Assembly (NCBI GenBank): GCA_963662265.2 | Contig: CAXXHA010000016.1 | Coordinates: 1 to 64,000 of the forward strand | DNA length: 64,000 bases | Direction: 5' to 3' | Source: Spirochaetia bacterium | GTDB taxonomy: Bacteria > Spirochaetota > Spirochaetia > CADAEX01 | Part shown: piece after piece, positions 1 through 10,262 of the stretch | Numbering within the stretch: the stretch's first letter is position 1 | How the letters are laid out: each line of letters begins with the position of its first letter | Notes under the pieces: model-generated | What the model was told of the DNA's origin: nothing | The model's database searches: none | What the model saw: the letters and a program-made list of their open reading frames with translations, nothing else | Program-made: the position numbers and the translations under genes

Positions 1-810
1 CCATTTTTCGAATGAGATCGGTCTTCTGATCTGTGTAGCAATCATAGATATCAGGATGCTGATTCCCATGGGCAAATATTTTGATACTGATTTTATACCG
101 GGGAAAAGTATGCTTATTATTATGTAACAGCCTACAATAATAATTATCGGCATGAGATGAACCAGTACAGGGAGCTTTTCTTCCTGCTTTTGCTTTTCTG
201 CCGGAATATCAAGTTTTCTTAAAAGCAGCAGATATCCTCCGAAGATTGAGAAAACTGTAATCGGGAAGTTGACAGCAGCAATCTGTCATATTTCAAGTCC
301 GGTTATCTGTACAGCAAGAATAACTCCAGCATAAAGGGGAAACCAGTATTCCCATATGTGGCGGAACCAGTAATTAATCTGTGATTTAAGCTCATTCTGA
401 ATGCTTTTTTCTGTATCACAGTTATCTACAAGCGGAGCTGAAAAAAGAGCGCCGCCAGGCATCGGGATCAGGCCGATAACTGCCGGAACAACAATAAACA
501 GAATTTTGCCTGACAGCCTGCTCTTCAGAGAAGTGACAAGATCTTCCATAATCCTGCTTTCCTTCATCTGGGAACTGAGCCATACCAGCATGAATATCAT
601 TATAAGCAGTATTATATAATCAGTACTTAGTACAGTTTTCAATGTGATGTCAGCCGCTGTTTTCAGGCTGTGCCCCGACCATGCAGCAAGAACTGCAATT
701 CCGAATGCCATTGACAGGGGGAGATTTCTTACAAACTTATCTGCGAGAAGCATTACTGCGAGGGAAACAAGTATTTTTATTATTACCGGGGCTGCTGTTA
801 TATATTCCAT
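1..810 (-). CDS. DUF401 family membrane protein (partial, runs off window start; one in-frame TGA at 286-288)
   Basis: Hydrophobic ORF from ATG 810 (MEYITAAPV..) with GLIPMPGGALFSAP and NYWFRHIWEYWFPLY motifs typical of DUF401. The same frame continues past the TGA (QIAAVNFP...LMPIIIIVGCY) to base 1. Confidence 0.75.
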
Positions 811-923
811 GTTTTTAATATAGAGGAAGGGCGGGAAAAAGTAAATTCGGATTATGCTGTGTTTTTGAAAATCCGGAGAATAAACCGGAGAAATACGGAA
901 AAACAGATTTATTAATTGAGGTC

Positions 924-952
924 TTGACATAAGTGTTTAGTAGCTATACACT
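924..952 (+). promoter_or_regulatory. sigma70-type promoter overlapped by a palindromic MarR operator
   Basis: TTGACA (924-929), 17 bp, TACACT (947-952). Inverted repeat AGTGTTTAG-TAG-CTATACACT at 932-952. Confidence 0.7.
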
Positions 953-958
953 GCAGTT

Positions 959-1420
959 GTGAATAACAGAATCAATCAGATGAGCGGAAAATTTTTCAAG
1001 ATAATGAATAATCTTCAGAAGCTTGATAATTCTCCTAAAAAATTCGGTACAGACAGTTTGCTGACCCAATCGGAAATACATCTGGTGGAAATAATCGGGA
1101 ATAATCCCGGATCAAGTGTTTCAGATCTGGCAAGGATGCTTGAAATAACCAGGGGAGCTGTTTCACAGAACCTGAAAAAACTTGAGTCAAAGAATATTAC
1201 ATACAAGGAAGTTGATGCTGCGAATTATTCACGCTCTGTTGTGTCTCTGACTTCCAAAGGGATAGTTGCATACAATGCGCATAAGAACTGGCATGCAAGA
1301 CTGGATGGCGGATTTATAAGTTATCTTGAAAATCTTGAAGATACTGAAATTGATGTAATAAGAAGTTTCCTGGAAAAGCTGGATGATTTTCTCAGGAGAC
1401 GATTGGAATCAGGTGAATGA
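959..1420 (+). CDS. MarR family transcriptional regulator
   Basis: 153 aa winged HTH (SVSDLARMLEITRGAVSQNLKKLE, RSVVSLTSKG). Confidence 0.9.
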   Translation: MNNRINQMSGKFFKIMNNLQKLDNSPKKFGTDSLLTQSEIHLVEIIGNNPGSSVSDLARMLEITRGAVSQNLKKLESKNITYKEVDAANYSRSVVSLTSKGIVAYNAHKNWHARLDGGFISYLENLEDTEIDVIRSFLEKLDDFLRRRLESGE

Positions 1421-1432
1421 TTTTTTTACCCG

Positions 1433-1455
1433 AAGTGTATAGGAGCTAAACACTT
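1433..1455. promoter_or_regulatory. second putative MarR operator
   Basis: AAGTGTATAG-GAG-CTAAACACTT, near-identical to the palindrome at 932-952, directly after the marR stop. Confidence 0.65.
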
Positions 1456-1682
1456 CAGGGATGTTATGTAGAGGCTGATTTCTTTCCTGTTCCCCTGCCG
1501 GTTTTTTGCAGAATACACTGCTCTGAACATCTTATCTGAATATCAGATATGGATTTTGTGCAGCCGTATTTATGAGGCTGTTAAATAAATGCTTCGTCAA
1601 ATCCATATATATCCGCCGAAAAAGGCTCAAGGTAAATTTGCGCTGGGAAGATAAGGCGCAAAAATAAAAATAGGAGGTTAAT

Positions 1683-2672
1683 ATGTTTTTCAGAATATCA
1701 CCTTTATGGTGGCCTGTAATAATTTTATTCTCACCAGTCCTGATTCCCCTGCTTTTAATCAGGTATTTAAAATACAGGAAAAACTGTAAAACGGTTGAAG
1801 CATTAAACAGCAGCCGGATTGAAAATGCAGAAATAGTGGATCTTCCTGAACTGGAATATCTTGAACTTACAGTGCTTGTGGAATGGTATTCCAGAAAGGG
1901 GTTTTATGGTGATGCAGGTGTATCATATCTTGTAAAGACAAATCTTGGTTCATTTTTATTTGATGTCGGCTGGGGACCTGCAAGGCCCGCGCTGCTTCAC
2001 AATGCAAAGAAACTTGATTTTGATTTAAACAGTGTCGATTCCCTTGTTATTTCACATCTTCATTGTGACCATATGGGGGGGATTGATGCTCAGCGTTTAG
2101 GCAGGGTAACTGTTCCTGATGAGCTTGCCCCATCTGTTCCTATACCATGTTATCTTCCGGAAGATGCCGAAGCAGAGGGATTTATAGAAACTATCTCTGA
2201 TACTCCCGGAATATTATCTGCAGGTGTTGCTACTACAGGATCCCTTTCAAGAAGTCTTTTTTTCGGCGGACTTACCGATGAGCAGGCTCTTGTTGCCAGG
2301 ATCAGGGGAAAAGGCCTTGTTGTTGTTACTGCATGCGGACATCCCACAATTGAAACTATATTAAAGATGGCTGGAAAAATATCAGATGAGAAGGTCTATG
2401 CAGTTTGCGGAGGACTTCATTTTCCTGTAACTGACGGAAGAGGCAATCGACTGGGAATAAAGATTCAGACAATTCTGGGAACCGGGAAACCTGTATGGAA
2501 AAGAATCAGTATTAAAGATCTTGATAACTCTATTGATGAAATAAATAAAACAGGACCTGAGAAAGTATTTCTTTCAGCTCATGATATCTGTGATTACTCA
2601 ATAAGCAGAATGAAGGATAAGCTGTCGGCTGACACAAATGTGCTTGAAGCAGGATCGACTTACCGGCTCTGA
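1683..2672 (+). CDS. MBL-fold metallo-hydrolase with N-terminal membrane anchor
   Basis: SHLHCDHMGG (HxHxDH), FDVG, TACGHP and GGLH motifs. RBS GGAGG. Confidence 0.85.
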   Translation: MFFRISPLWWPVIILFSPVLIPLLLIRYLKYRKNCKTVEALNSSRIENAEIVDLPELEYLELTVLVEWYSRKGFYGDAGVSYLVKTNLGSFLFDVGWGPARPALLHNAKKLDFDLNSVDSLVISHLHCDHMGGIDAQRLGRVTVPDELAPSVPIPCYLPEDAEAEGFIETISDTPGILSAGVATTGSLSRSLFFGGLTDEQALVARIRGKGLVVVTACGHPTIETILKMAGKISDEKVYAVCGGLHFPVTDGRGNRLGIKIQTILGTGKPVWKRISIKDLDNSIDEINKTGPEKVFLSAHDICDYSISRMKDKLSADTNVLEAGSTYRL

Positions 2673-2702
2673 CAGTGAAGAAAAAACTAATGGAGATTAA
2701 AA

Positions 2703-3230
2703 GTGAAAAAAATCATTATAACAGAAAAAAAAGAAATTAAAATTGTCGGTTTGACATTAAGGACATCTTTTGAAAAAGGTAAGAGTCAGAGAGATATTCC
2801 TGAATTCTTTCACAGGAATATTAAAGAGAAAATCTTTGAGAATATTTCGAACAGAATTAATAATAATCAAATGTGCATATTCCGCTTTAAAAACAACTCT
2901 CCTGTTTTTGACTATACAATGGGGGTTGAAGTAGGGGAATTTGATTTAATACCTGAAAATATGGAAAAAATCATCCTTCCTCCACTGAAATATGCTTCTC
3001 TCTCCATTATCAAGAAGGGGCATGAAGATGTCGGCGCGGCATTCAGGTATTTGATGGAAGAATGGCTTGTTGATTCAGGGTATAAGCTCTCTCCAAGTCC
3101 CGGATTTATATATTATGATGAAAGCTTTTTTTCGGTGTTTAATAAATACGGGTATGAAGGAAATCCTCCTGCAACTGTTTATCTGCCTGTTGAACAAGAT
3201 ATTAAAAAAATTATGACAGTGAGTGTGTAG
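2703..3230 (+). CDS. GyrI-like small-molecule-binding domain protein
   Basis: IKIVGLTLRT start, FDYTMGVEV, YLMEEWL..SGY, VYLPV end. Confidence 0.8.
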   Translation: MKKIIITEKKEIKIVGLTLRTSFEKGKSQRDIPEFFHRNIKEKIFENISNRINNNQMCIFRFKNNSPVFDYTMGVEVGEFDLIPENMEKIILPPLKYASLSIIKKGHEDVGAAFRYLMEEWLVDSGYKLSPSPGFIYYDESFFSVFNKYGYEGNPPATVYLPVEQDIKKIMTVSV

Positions 3231-3256
3231 AGCGAACAATTAAGGAGGTCGTTTAT

Positions 3257-3823
3257 ATGTCTGCAAACAAATTCAGTTTAGATGTGTGCCCGCATCAGCT
3301 TTCCTTTCTTCTTGATAATTTCCTGAGAAAAAAGATACAGAATCCTGAATCAATTACAGGGGAATATATTGAAAAGGGTGATACTGTAATTGATCTCGGC
3401 TGCGGACCTGGTTATTTCACAATTGATATGGCTGAAATGGCAGGTGAAACCGGTAAAGTAATAGCTGTTGATATACAGCAGAAGATGCTTGATACAGTAA
3501 GAAAAAAAGCTGTCAGATCTGGAGTGGAAGACAGGATTGTTTTTCTAAAGGCAACTCCCGGCAATCCGGGTATAGGAATCAGTATTAAGGCGGATTTTAT
3601 ACTTGCCTATTATATGATTCATGAAACAGGTGATTATGTTTCTTTTCTTTCCGCTGTGAAGGAAAACCTGAAAAAGGGGGGCAAAATCCTGATAGTTGAA
3701 CCTGCATTCCATGTGAGTAAAAATAAATACTTTAAACTGGTCTCAGAAGTTGAAGATATCGGTTATACAGTACTTGATAAACCTGAAGGAAAAGGGGGGC
3801 GAAGTCTTCTTCTGACAGTTTGA
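3257..3823 (+). CDS. class I SAM-dependent methyltransferase
   Basis: VIDLGCGPGYF motif I, VIAVDIQQKML, LKKGGKILIVE. Confidence 0.9.
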   Translation: MSANKFSLDVCPHQLSFLLDNFLRKKIQNPESITGEYIEKGDTVIDLGCGPGYFTIDMAEMAGETGKVIAVDIQQKMLDTVRKKAVRSGVEDRIVFLKATPGNPGIGISIKADFILAYYMIHETGDYVSFLSAVKENLKKGGKILIVEPAFHVSKNKYFKLVSEVEDIGYTVLDKPEGKGGRSLLLTV

Positions 3824-4019
3824 TTTCCGAACTTATTCCCCCTGAAAAGATTGCAGAATAATCATGAAACCTGGGGATGTTTTTTTTGTTAAACAGTTGT
3901 TTCAGCTTTAAGGCGTAAAAGGCAGATAGATAATTATCCCGGGACTTTTTATAGAAGTTGAATTCTGAAACCTGTTGACAGATATTTGTGTAAATTATTA
4001 AGTATTACAGGAGATTTAT

Positions 4020-4097
4020 ATGTGGATTATTATGATGATGTATAAAAACTGGCATAATGAAAAAGATAATAATCAAATAAGAAGTGAGAGAAAATAA
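4020..4097 (+). CDS. putative 25-aa small protein (MWIIMMMYKNWHNEKDNNQIRSERK)
   Basis: TTGACA at 3975-3980, AGGAG RBS at 4009-4013, ATG 4020, TAA 4095-4097, hairpin right after. Confidence 0.4.
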   Translation: MWIIMMMYKNWHNEKDNNQIRSERK

Positions 4098-4107
4098 AGA
4101 CTCATAA

Positions 4108-4146
4108 AACCCCCTTTTGTTGAATTTATGTCCAATAAAAGGGGTT
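4108..4146. terminator. probable bidirectional intrinsic terminator
   Basis: AACCCCCTTTTGTTG...CAATAAAAGGGGTT hairpin between convergent transcription units. Confidence 0.6.
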
Positions 4147-4214
4147 AATATTACTCTCGAACGTTATGGATCAGCCTTTCTTTCATAAATTGTGTATATT
4201 TATGGTTATAAAAA

Positions 4215-6781
4215 TCAGTCCTCAATTCCCTTTGATTTCACTCTTGCAAGGGCCCACATTGTAAATTTTCTTACCCTCTTGTCAGGATCATTTTTCAGCG
4301 ATTCAAGAATTTCCCTGCCTGATTCGCTGTTAAGCTTTTCAAGTGCCCTTGTAACCTGGACCCTTACATCCTGATCCGGGTCTCTTGCAGCAAGCACTAT
4401 TCCCCTGAAGGCGGATTCTGTTCCAATCATTGAAAGGAATTCTTGCGGCTGATCTTCTTATTTTGGGATTCCGGTGCGACAGTTTCCTGATAATATGTTC
4501 AACATAGCCTGTTTCTTCAAGTATTGATGTTATTGTCTCTTTTAAAGATGCTATATCTTCTTTAAGCAGTTTTACAAAGCGACAGTTCCCCCTGTTCTCC
4601 CATAACTTTGAATATCCTGACAATCTTTTCCCTGAGCACAGGAGATCCGTCTTTCATGTTTTCTATTATTCTTTTTACTGTCTTGTTGGAAGGATTTTCA
4701 GCAAGTGCTTTTACTGTGAATTCCTCAAGTTCTTCATTTTCATCTATGAATTCTATGAGTATGTCGACTGCTTTGCTGTGATCAGACCTGCATAACCCTG
4801 TTACAGCTGATTTTTTTACGGTAACTGTTTCATTTTCATCTTTAAGAAGATCTGAAAGGTTATCAAGCTTATCGGCGCTTCCGAATTTGCCAAGAACTTC
4901 AGCTGCCGCGTTTCTTACCCTTTCAAGCGGATCACGGAGCATGTCAAAACTGCTGTTAAGAAGCTTATTGTCTTCATAGTCTGAGAGTGCCCATATACAC
5001 GAGATTCTCACATCAGGATCAGCATCGTTCAGGCTGTCCCTGATTTTCTTAATAAACTCTTTTTTGCCTGAAAGCGGGAGGCTTGCAATAACTGCTGCCC
5101 TGGTTTTGGCATCCGGCTGATTTAACAGGTCGGCGATTCTGGTACTGAATGTTTCTCCCGCATATTCTGAAAGAAGTAGGGAGAAGTCTTTTGCTTCTTC
5201 CACAGGAAGTATCGGGAGCTGTTCTATAATTGGCTGTACACAGTAGGAAAGCTTGTATTTTGCAAGAACATTCAATGTTGTTATCCTTACAGTGTGAGGA
5301 TATTTTTCTCTTCCCCCTTTCAGTATTCTGAATAGTTCAGGGATGACAATTTCCTCAGGTATCCTGTAAAGTGCATTGATAAGAATATCTCTTGATTCAA
5401 ATTTACTGTCTTCAAGGAGCTCAAGAAGTACAGGAAAGCAGATATGTTCTGTATTTTCAGGTAAGTTTGAAAGAATATATTCAGCCTTGTTTTTTTCATA
5501 CCGTATAGTTTTAAGTTCCTTCATGAGAAGGTTAAGGGCTGTTTCGTTTCCTCGTCTGCATATACAGTCAACAGCCTTGTTCCATATTCTTTCTTCTATT
5601 GAATTCCTGCTGCTGAATACTTTTGATACATAATCTGCCAGAAAATTTCTGCTGCCGGATTTTTCGAGGATTGAAAGAGCTGTGAATATTACTGCTGGAT
5701 TATCGGAAGACTGCTTGAGAAAACCTGTAACTTTTACTTCAGAAGCATTCCTGAGAAGCTTCTCTGTCCGTTCGAGGTTTTCTGTATCTTCAAAACTCAC
5801 ACTCATGAGCATCTTGTTGAGAACCCCTGCTTCCTGAAGAAACATTGCCGCAGGAAACCTGAGTTCAAGATCGCTGCCTGCAAGGAATTTCATGGATGCA
5901 TCAATATCTTTTTCAGATTCTGTATCGAGAAATTCAAGTGCGTGAAGAGCCTGCACATGATCAAGTTTCGAGTAGTCGATTTCATGCATTTCTGAAAAAT
6001 CCTTGCAGATTCTTTTCCATGCAGTTTCCCTGACTTCAAAATTGGGATCATCTGTTATCCTTTTTTTGAGAAGAGAATATACTTCATTCCTGTCCGATAT
6101 AGAGCATTCTTCAATAACAGTCTTTCTTACAAGGGGATGCGGATCATCAAATGCTTCCATTATTCCCCTGTAGGATCGTTCTGAATCTTCATTTATAAGA
6201 AGTTTTACTGCAAAATACCGTACAGGCCATTCCGGATTTCCAGCCATTTCCCTTATTTCATCCATTTTATCGGAAAGAAGGGTATAGGCTGCTTTCCCGT
6301 CAAAACGTTCTCCTGAACCGGTCAGTGGAAGCCTGCTGAGATTTCCGGGATCTGAATCAAGATATTCAATAAAGCTTTTTTTAAGGGCATCCTTCCGCAA
6401 TGCAAGAAGGAATGAGGTGAAAAGCCCCTGTTCCGGTATATACTTGAGTACTTTTTTGAGATACTTCTCGGAAGGATATGTTTTCAGCTGATTTATCCAT
6501 AACCTGTCGAGGCCGGTAAGGAGTATAATGCTGTTGTCTTCAGTCCTGTCAGCCATGGACTCGACAATAGATGAATGTCTTTTGAGAAAAGATTCGTTAT
6601 AAAGTCCGGATGAAAAATCTTTGTCTACTGCTGCCTCTTCAAGATATTTCATGAAATTTTTTATATTTTTTCTGTAGATAAAGAAATATGCAGCTGCAGC
6701 TGCAATTATTACTGCTCCAATTACAGCAGCAGTAGGCTGTCCCTGTGGAATACTTTTAATCAAGTTTATTACATTTTCCAT
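4215..6781 (-). CDS. HEAT repeat domain-containing protein (~854 aa; two apparent +1 frameshifts near 4577 and 4443)
   Basis: N-terminal TM helix then repeated D.P..VR..A...L units across ORFs 4562-6781, 4339-4623 and 4215-4430. They join when one base is removed from short homopolymers. Confidence 0.85.
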
Positions 6782-6850
6782 TTTTACTCCTGTTCTTTTG
6801 AAATATCAAAAATCATCAAGCCGGATTTTATATATCCCGGACTGTTATAT

Positions 6851-8413
6851 TCAGCTGACCTGTTTTAAAACCTGGAATATGTGAAGCGGTTTATCCTTTC
6901 CCTTTACTTTAACAGGTGTAAGTTCCCTGAGCTTGAATCTGTCTCCGATAAGGTCCCTGGTTTGTTCCGTAATTATCACTTCTCCTGCTCCTGCCACCCC
7001 TTCAAGCCTTGCTGCTATATTTACTGTGTCGCCTATTACAGAATAATCCATACGCCTCGAACTTCCCAGGTTGCCCGAAATAAGCGGACCGGAATGCATT
7101 CCTATACCTACTTTAAGGTGAGATGCATTTCCTTTGAAAAATTTCCTGTTTTTTGATTTCACAAGTTCCTGAATCTCTACAGCACAGCTGACACCGGAAA
7201 TTGCATCTTTATCAGGATTAACAACCGGGACTCCCCAGGCTGCCATAATACAGTCACCGATAAATTTATCAATATAGCCGTTATATTTTATTACAATTTC
7301 AACTGCTTCGCTGAAATACTCATTCAGAACTTCAATTACATATTCAGGTTCCTTCCCCTCGCTGAATGAGGTGTATCCCCTGATATCGGCAAAAAATATC
7401 GTAGCATCTTTTCTGTCGCCTCCGAGCTGAATCTGTTCAGGCGATGCCATGAGGTTTTTAAGGACATCTGCAGACATATATCTTGCAAACATGTCTTTTA
7501 TTACTCTTCTTTCCTCTACAGCCACATCCATTTTCTGCTTGAGTTCCTCTTCCCTCGACTGGTCGGTGAAAAGAAGAATAAGACCTTCATGTTTTCCGAG
7601 ACGCCCCTTTAGCGGCGAAATATTGAGAGAGAAGTCCATATCAAAGTCTTCTCCTGTATATATTCCTTCAAGGCCTAGAATTTCCCTGTGATTTTCAGAA
7701 CTTTTTTTAATCTGGTTGATTACTTTTCTCGTGAGCGGCTTCTTGAAATAAGTTTCAATATTTTCTCCAATACTGTTTTCTATTCTCAGTCTTTCTTCAG
7801 CAGCCTGGTTGAAATACTGGATATTGCCTTTTTCATCAGTCGTAATCAGAAGGTTTGTCATTGAACTGAAAATGCTGTCCTGGTACCGCTGAAGAGCTTC
7901 TATTTCCTTGAGTCTTTGTTTTATCTCCAGAAGAAGCTCTGCGTTATGAACTATACCTGCTGACAATTTAGTGAATGCATCAAGAAAATGAAGCCTGCTT
8001 TTCCCGTAAAAATCGTTTTTTCTTGAATTGAGTATCAGTATCCCTATTTTCTTTTTTGATGCAGTCAGTGGGAGTATTATTGAGCTGTTCATATTTTCAT
8101 TGAGAAGACCTTCGGTGAAAAAAGGATCGTTTTTACTGTGAACAACAATTACTTCTCTGCAGTCTTCTACAAACTGTACAAAATCAGAATCAGTTTTAAG
8201 AGAGTGCGGTACATTGTATTTACCTCTTTTAAATACCATCTTAAGAGATTCAGGTTTTGTCGTTTCTGCGGGATAAGCATAAAGAGCTCCGATTTCCGAT
8301 TTGCTGATGTCCTGCGCCTGTTCAACAAGTGTTGAGATCAGCGATGTCCTGCTCTGGTCTGCTGCCAGGAGCGAACTTACCCTGACAAGTTCCTGTATTG
8401 CTGATATGCCCAC
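6851..8413 (-). CDS. class III adenylate/guanylate cyclase with GAF and PAS domains
   Basis: FFADIRGYTSFSE, DKFIGDCIMA and DYSVIGDTVNIAARLE motifs. Lys/Asp specificity residues suggest an ATP substrate. Confidence 0.92.
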   Translation of the reverse strand: MGISAIQELVRVSSLLAADQSRTSLISTLVEQAQDISKSEIGALYAYPAETTKPESLKMVFKRGKYNVPHSLKTDSDFVQFVEDCREVIVVHSKNDPFFTEGLLNENMNSSIILPLTASKKKIGILILNSRKNDFYGKSRLHFLDAFTKLSAGIVHNAELLLEIKQRLKEIEALQRYQDSIFSSMTNLLITTDEKGNIQYFNQAAEERLRIENSIGENIETYFKKPLTRKVINQIKKSSENHREILGLEGIYTGEDFDMDFSLNISPLKGRLGKHEGLILLFTDQSREEELKQKMDVAVEERRVIKDMFARYMSADVLKNLMASPEQIQLGGDRKDATIFFADIRGYTSFSEGKEPEYVIEVLNEYFSEAVEIVIKYNGYIDKFIGDCIMAAWGVPVVNPDKDAISGVSCAVEIQELVKSKNRKFFKGNASHLKVGIGMHSGPLISGNLGSSRRMDYSVIGDTVNIAARLEGVAGAGEVIITEQTRDLIGDRFKLRELTPVKVKGKDKPLHIFQVLKQVS

Positions 8414-8436
8414 ATTATTACCTCTAATACTTTATT

Positions 8437-8500
8437 GGGGATCTCTAAAACTCGCTTCAGCGGGTTTTTTTTCAGATGTCTGCCCGCAAGAGAGATTCCC
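8437..8500 (+). mobile_element. short MITE-like element (family copy A)
   Basis: Terminal inverted repeat GGGGATCTCT...AGAGATTCCC. Internal AAAACTCGCTT..TTTTTT..AGATGT.TGCCC.CAAG shared with 12475-12649 and 37659-37768. Confidence 0.65.
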
Positions 8501-8960
8501 TTATATAACGAAACCGTAATGCCTGCAGATACTGTTGTCAAGCAATTTTAAAATTGAAAGATCTGTATATCCTGTGCAGATATTTTTGCATGTTATATAT
8601 TATTTCCTAATAATTATAACATAATCTGTTGAATTTAATGATTGGTTTTATCAGATATGTCTTTTTTCCGGAGCTTACAGAGACATATTGCTTCTTCTGT
8701 GTTTGAACCGAATGAGTTGATAATTTAAGAATGTGTTGAGTCTCGATATTAAATAAAAAATGCTGAATATCAACGATATTCAGCATAAAAGCACTGATTG
8801 CTGACAGCACTCAGTACAAAAGAGTGTAAATAAAAAAGGAGTGTAATCCTTTTTTTGATTATTGCCTGAAAAGTGTTCAGGGAATAATCAAAGTTTTTTC
8901 AAGCATGATACTGACAACACTGCTACAAATACTCTGCTTCCATTTAATCTTTAGTTCTGT

Positions 8961-9539
8961 TTATTCAGAAACAAGACCGAAATAAAGAAGATCAAGCAGT
9001 GCATCTGCCCGTTTTTCAATATCTTCAAAACTGTCCCGGGTCAGAAGGGGAAATTCGAATCCCTTCATTGCTGTTAAAAAAGATTCAGCTGTCCATACTG
9101 GATCAAGCTTTCTCAGTTCTCCTGAATCTATCCCGGATTTGAAAATCCTGCAGGCAATATCAAGTTCCTTCTTTTCAAGATCTGTTCTGAGGTTTTCAAA
9201 AACAACTTTCTCTGTAAAATATTCCTCTTTGACAATTCTTGTATAGTTAACAACTTCTCTCAGTATTTTTGCTTTAACAAGGATGAATTTCTTGAGCTTG
9301 TCAATAATGTTTCCATTACTCTTTGCCGCATTGGCAAGTTCATTTATCAGTCTGTCTGATTCCTTCTGCAGGACAGCAGCAAACATCTCCTCCTTGTTTT
9401 TGAAATAGTAATATATAAAACTTTTTCCCTTTCCCAGCCGGGAGGCTATATCTTCGAGGTTTGCCCTCCTGTAACCATATTTTGCAAAAATATATTCAGC
9501 TTCATTTATAATTTTTGTTCTTGTATCCTGATCCGTCAT
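8961..9539 (-). CDS. TetR/AcrR family transcriptional regulator
   Basis: FAKYGYRRANLEDIASRLGKGKSFIYYYFKNKEE HTH. Confidence 0.92.
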   Translation of the reverse strand: MTDQDTRTKIINEAEYIFAKYGYRRANLEDIASRLGKGKSFIYYYFKNKEEMFAAVLQKESDRLINELANAAKSNGNIIDKLKKFILVKAKILREVVNYTRIVKEEYFTEKVVFENLRTDLEKKELDIACRIFKSGIDSGELRKLDPVWTAESFLTAMKGFEFPLLTRDSFEDIEKRADALLDLLYFGLVSE

Positions 9540-9561
9540 TATAGCTCATAAATCGAAAATT

Positions 9562-9576
9562 TGACTTTTTAAGTCA
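9562..9576. promoter_or_regulatory. putative TetR autoregulatory operator
   Basis: TGACTT-TTT-AAGTCA palindrome between a minus-strand TTGACT-17-TATTTT promoter and the tetR start. Confidence 0.55.
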
Positions 9577-9620
9577 TATGTTCAAAAATAACCCGTGAAG
9601 TTCTGCAAGTCAAGCCGGAA

Positions 9621-9672
9621 AAAATCAGCTGAAGAATACTTTTTTAAATTAAAACTTACTTCAGCTGATTTT
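9621..9672 (-). terminator. intrinsic terminator / long hairpin
   Basis: AAAATCAGCTGAAG...CTTCAGCTGATTTT 14-bp stem after the DUF5684 gene. Confidence 0.6.
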
Positions 9673-9680
9673 GAAAAATA

Positions 9681-10028
9681 TTATCCTGTATATGATGCGC
9701 TTGAAAAAGCAATGTATGGGAAATAAGCCCAGCCGAAAAGCAATGCAAGAATTACATGCCATCCCGGTTTTCCGAACTTAAGGACAAAGTTGTAGAGAAT
9801 AAGTATAACTATTACAATATTGACGATAGGTATGAATAGAAGAATAAGCCACCATAATGGCTTTTTCACGATATCAAGCATTACAATAATATTGTAGATT
9901 GGAACAAGAATCGCCCATCCCGGCTTGCCAGCTTTTACAAAAATTTTCCAGTTCGAAATAATAAGAACCACTGCATAAATAATCCAGAAAACAACGTAAA
10001 TCGGATTAATTGTAGGTGTTTCATACAT
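9681..10028 (-). CDS. DUF5684 family membrane protein
   Basis: WKIFVKAGKPGWAILVPIYN signature, FGKPGW, PYIAFSSASY. Confidence 0.85.
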   Translation of the reverse strand: MYETPTINPIYVVFWIIYAVVLIISNWKIFVKAGKPGWAILVPIYNIIVMLDIVKKPLWWLILLFIPIVNIVIVILILYNFVLKFGKPGWHVILALLFGWAYFPYIAFSSASYTG

Positions 10029-10213
10029 AATTTAAATCTCCTTATTTTTTGACCCGGATAATTGATGGTAGGAAAGCTGTGAAATGAATAAAACAGTCTG
10101 CCGTCAGGCATGGTCTGAAGTGATACGTAACTTGCAATAAAACAAATCCGGTATTCTTAAGTTATATAATAGGACAAAGATTTTACGTGGTCAAATTTAC
10201 TTTGTTATAGAAA

Positions 10214-10240
10214 AGCCGGAAAACTTTGCAGCTTTCCGGC
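10214..10240 (-). terminator. intrinsic terminator
   Basis: GCCGGAAA...TTTCCGGC stem followed by a T-tract on the minus strand, after the FadL-like gene. Confidence 0.6.
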
Positions 10241-10262
10241 ATTATTACTAATAAAATGTTAT

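Noticed and set aside
286-288. Selenocysteine or genetic-code reassignment of TGA
   Set aside because: The context is a membrane helix rather than a redox Cys motif, no obvious SECIS hairpin follows, and TGA terminates many intact genes in the window.
8607-8810. Short ORFs in AT-rich spacers (8607-8810, 37908-38201, 42981-43292)
   Set aside because: No RBS or recognisable motifs; they overlap promoter regions or real genes on the other strand.
10040-10150. Possible riboswitch in the DUF5684 leader
   Set aside because: Only one short hairpin (TGCC-TGAC-GGCA) is visible, and I recognise no aptamer consensus.
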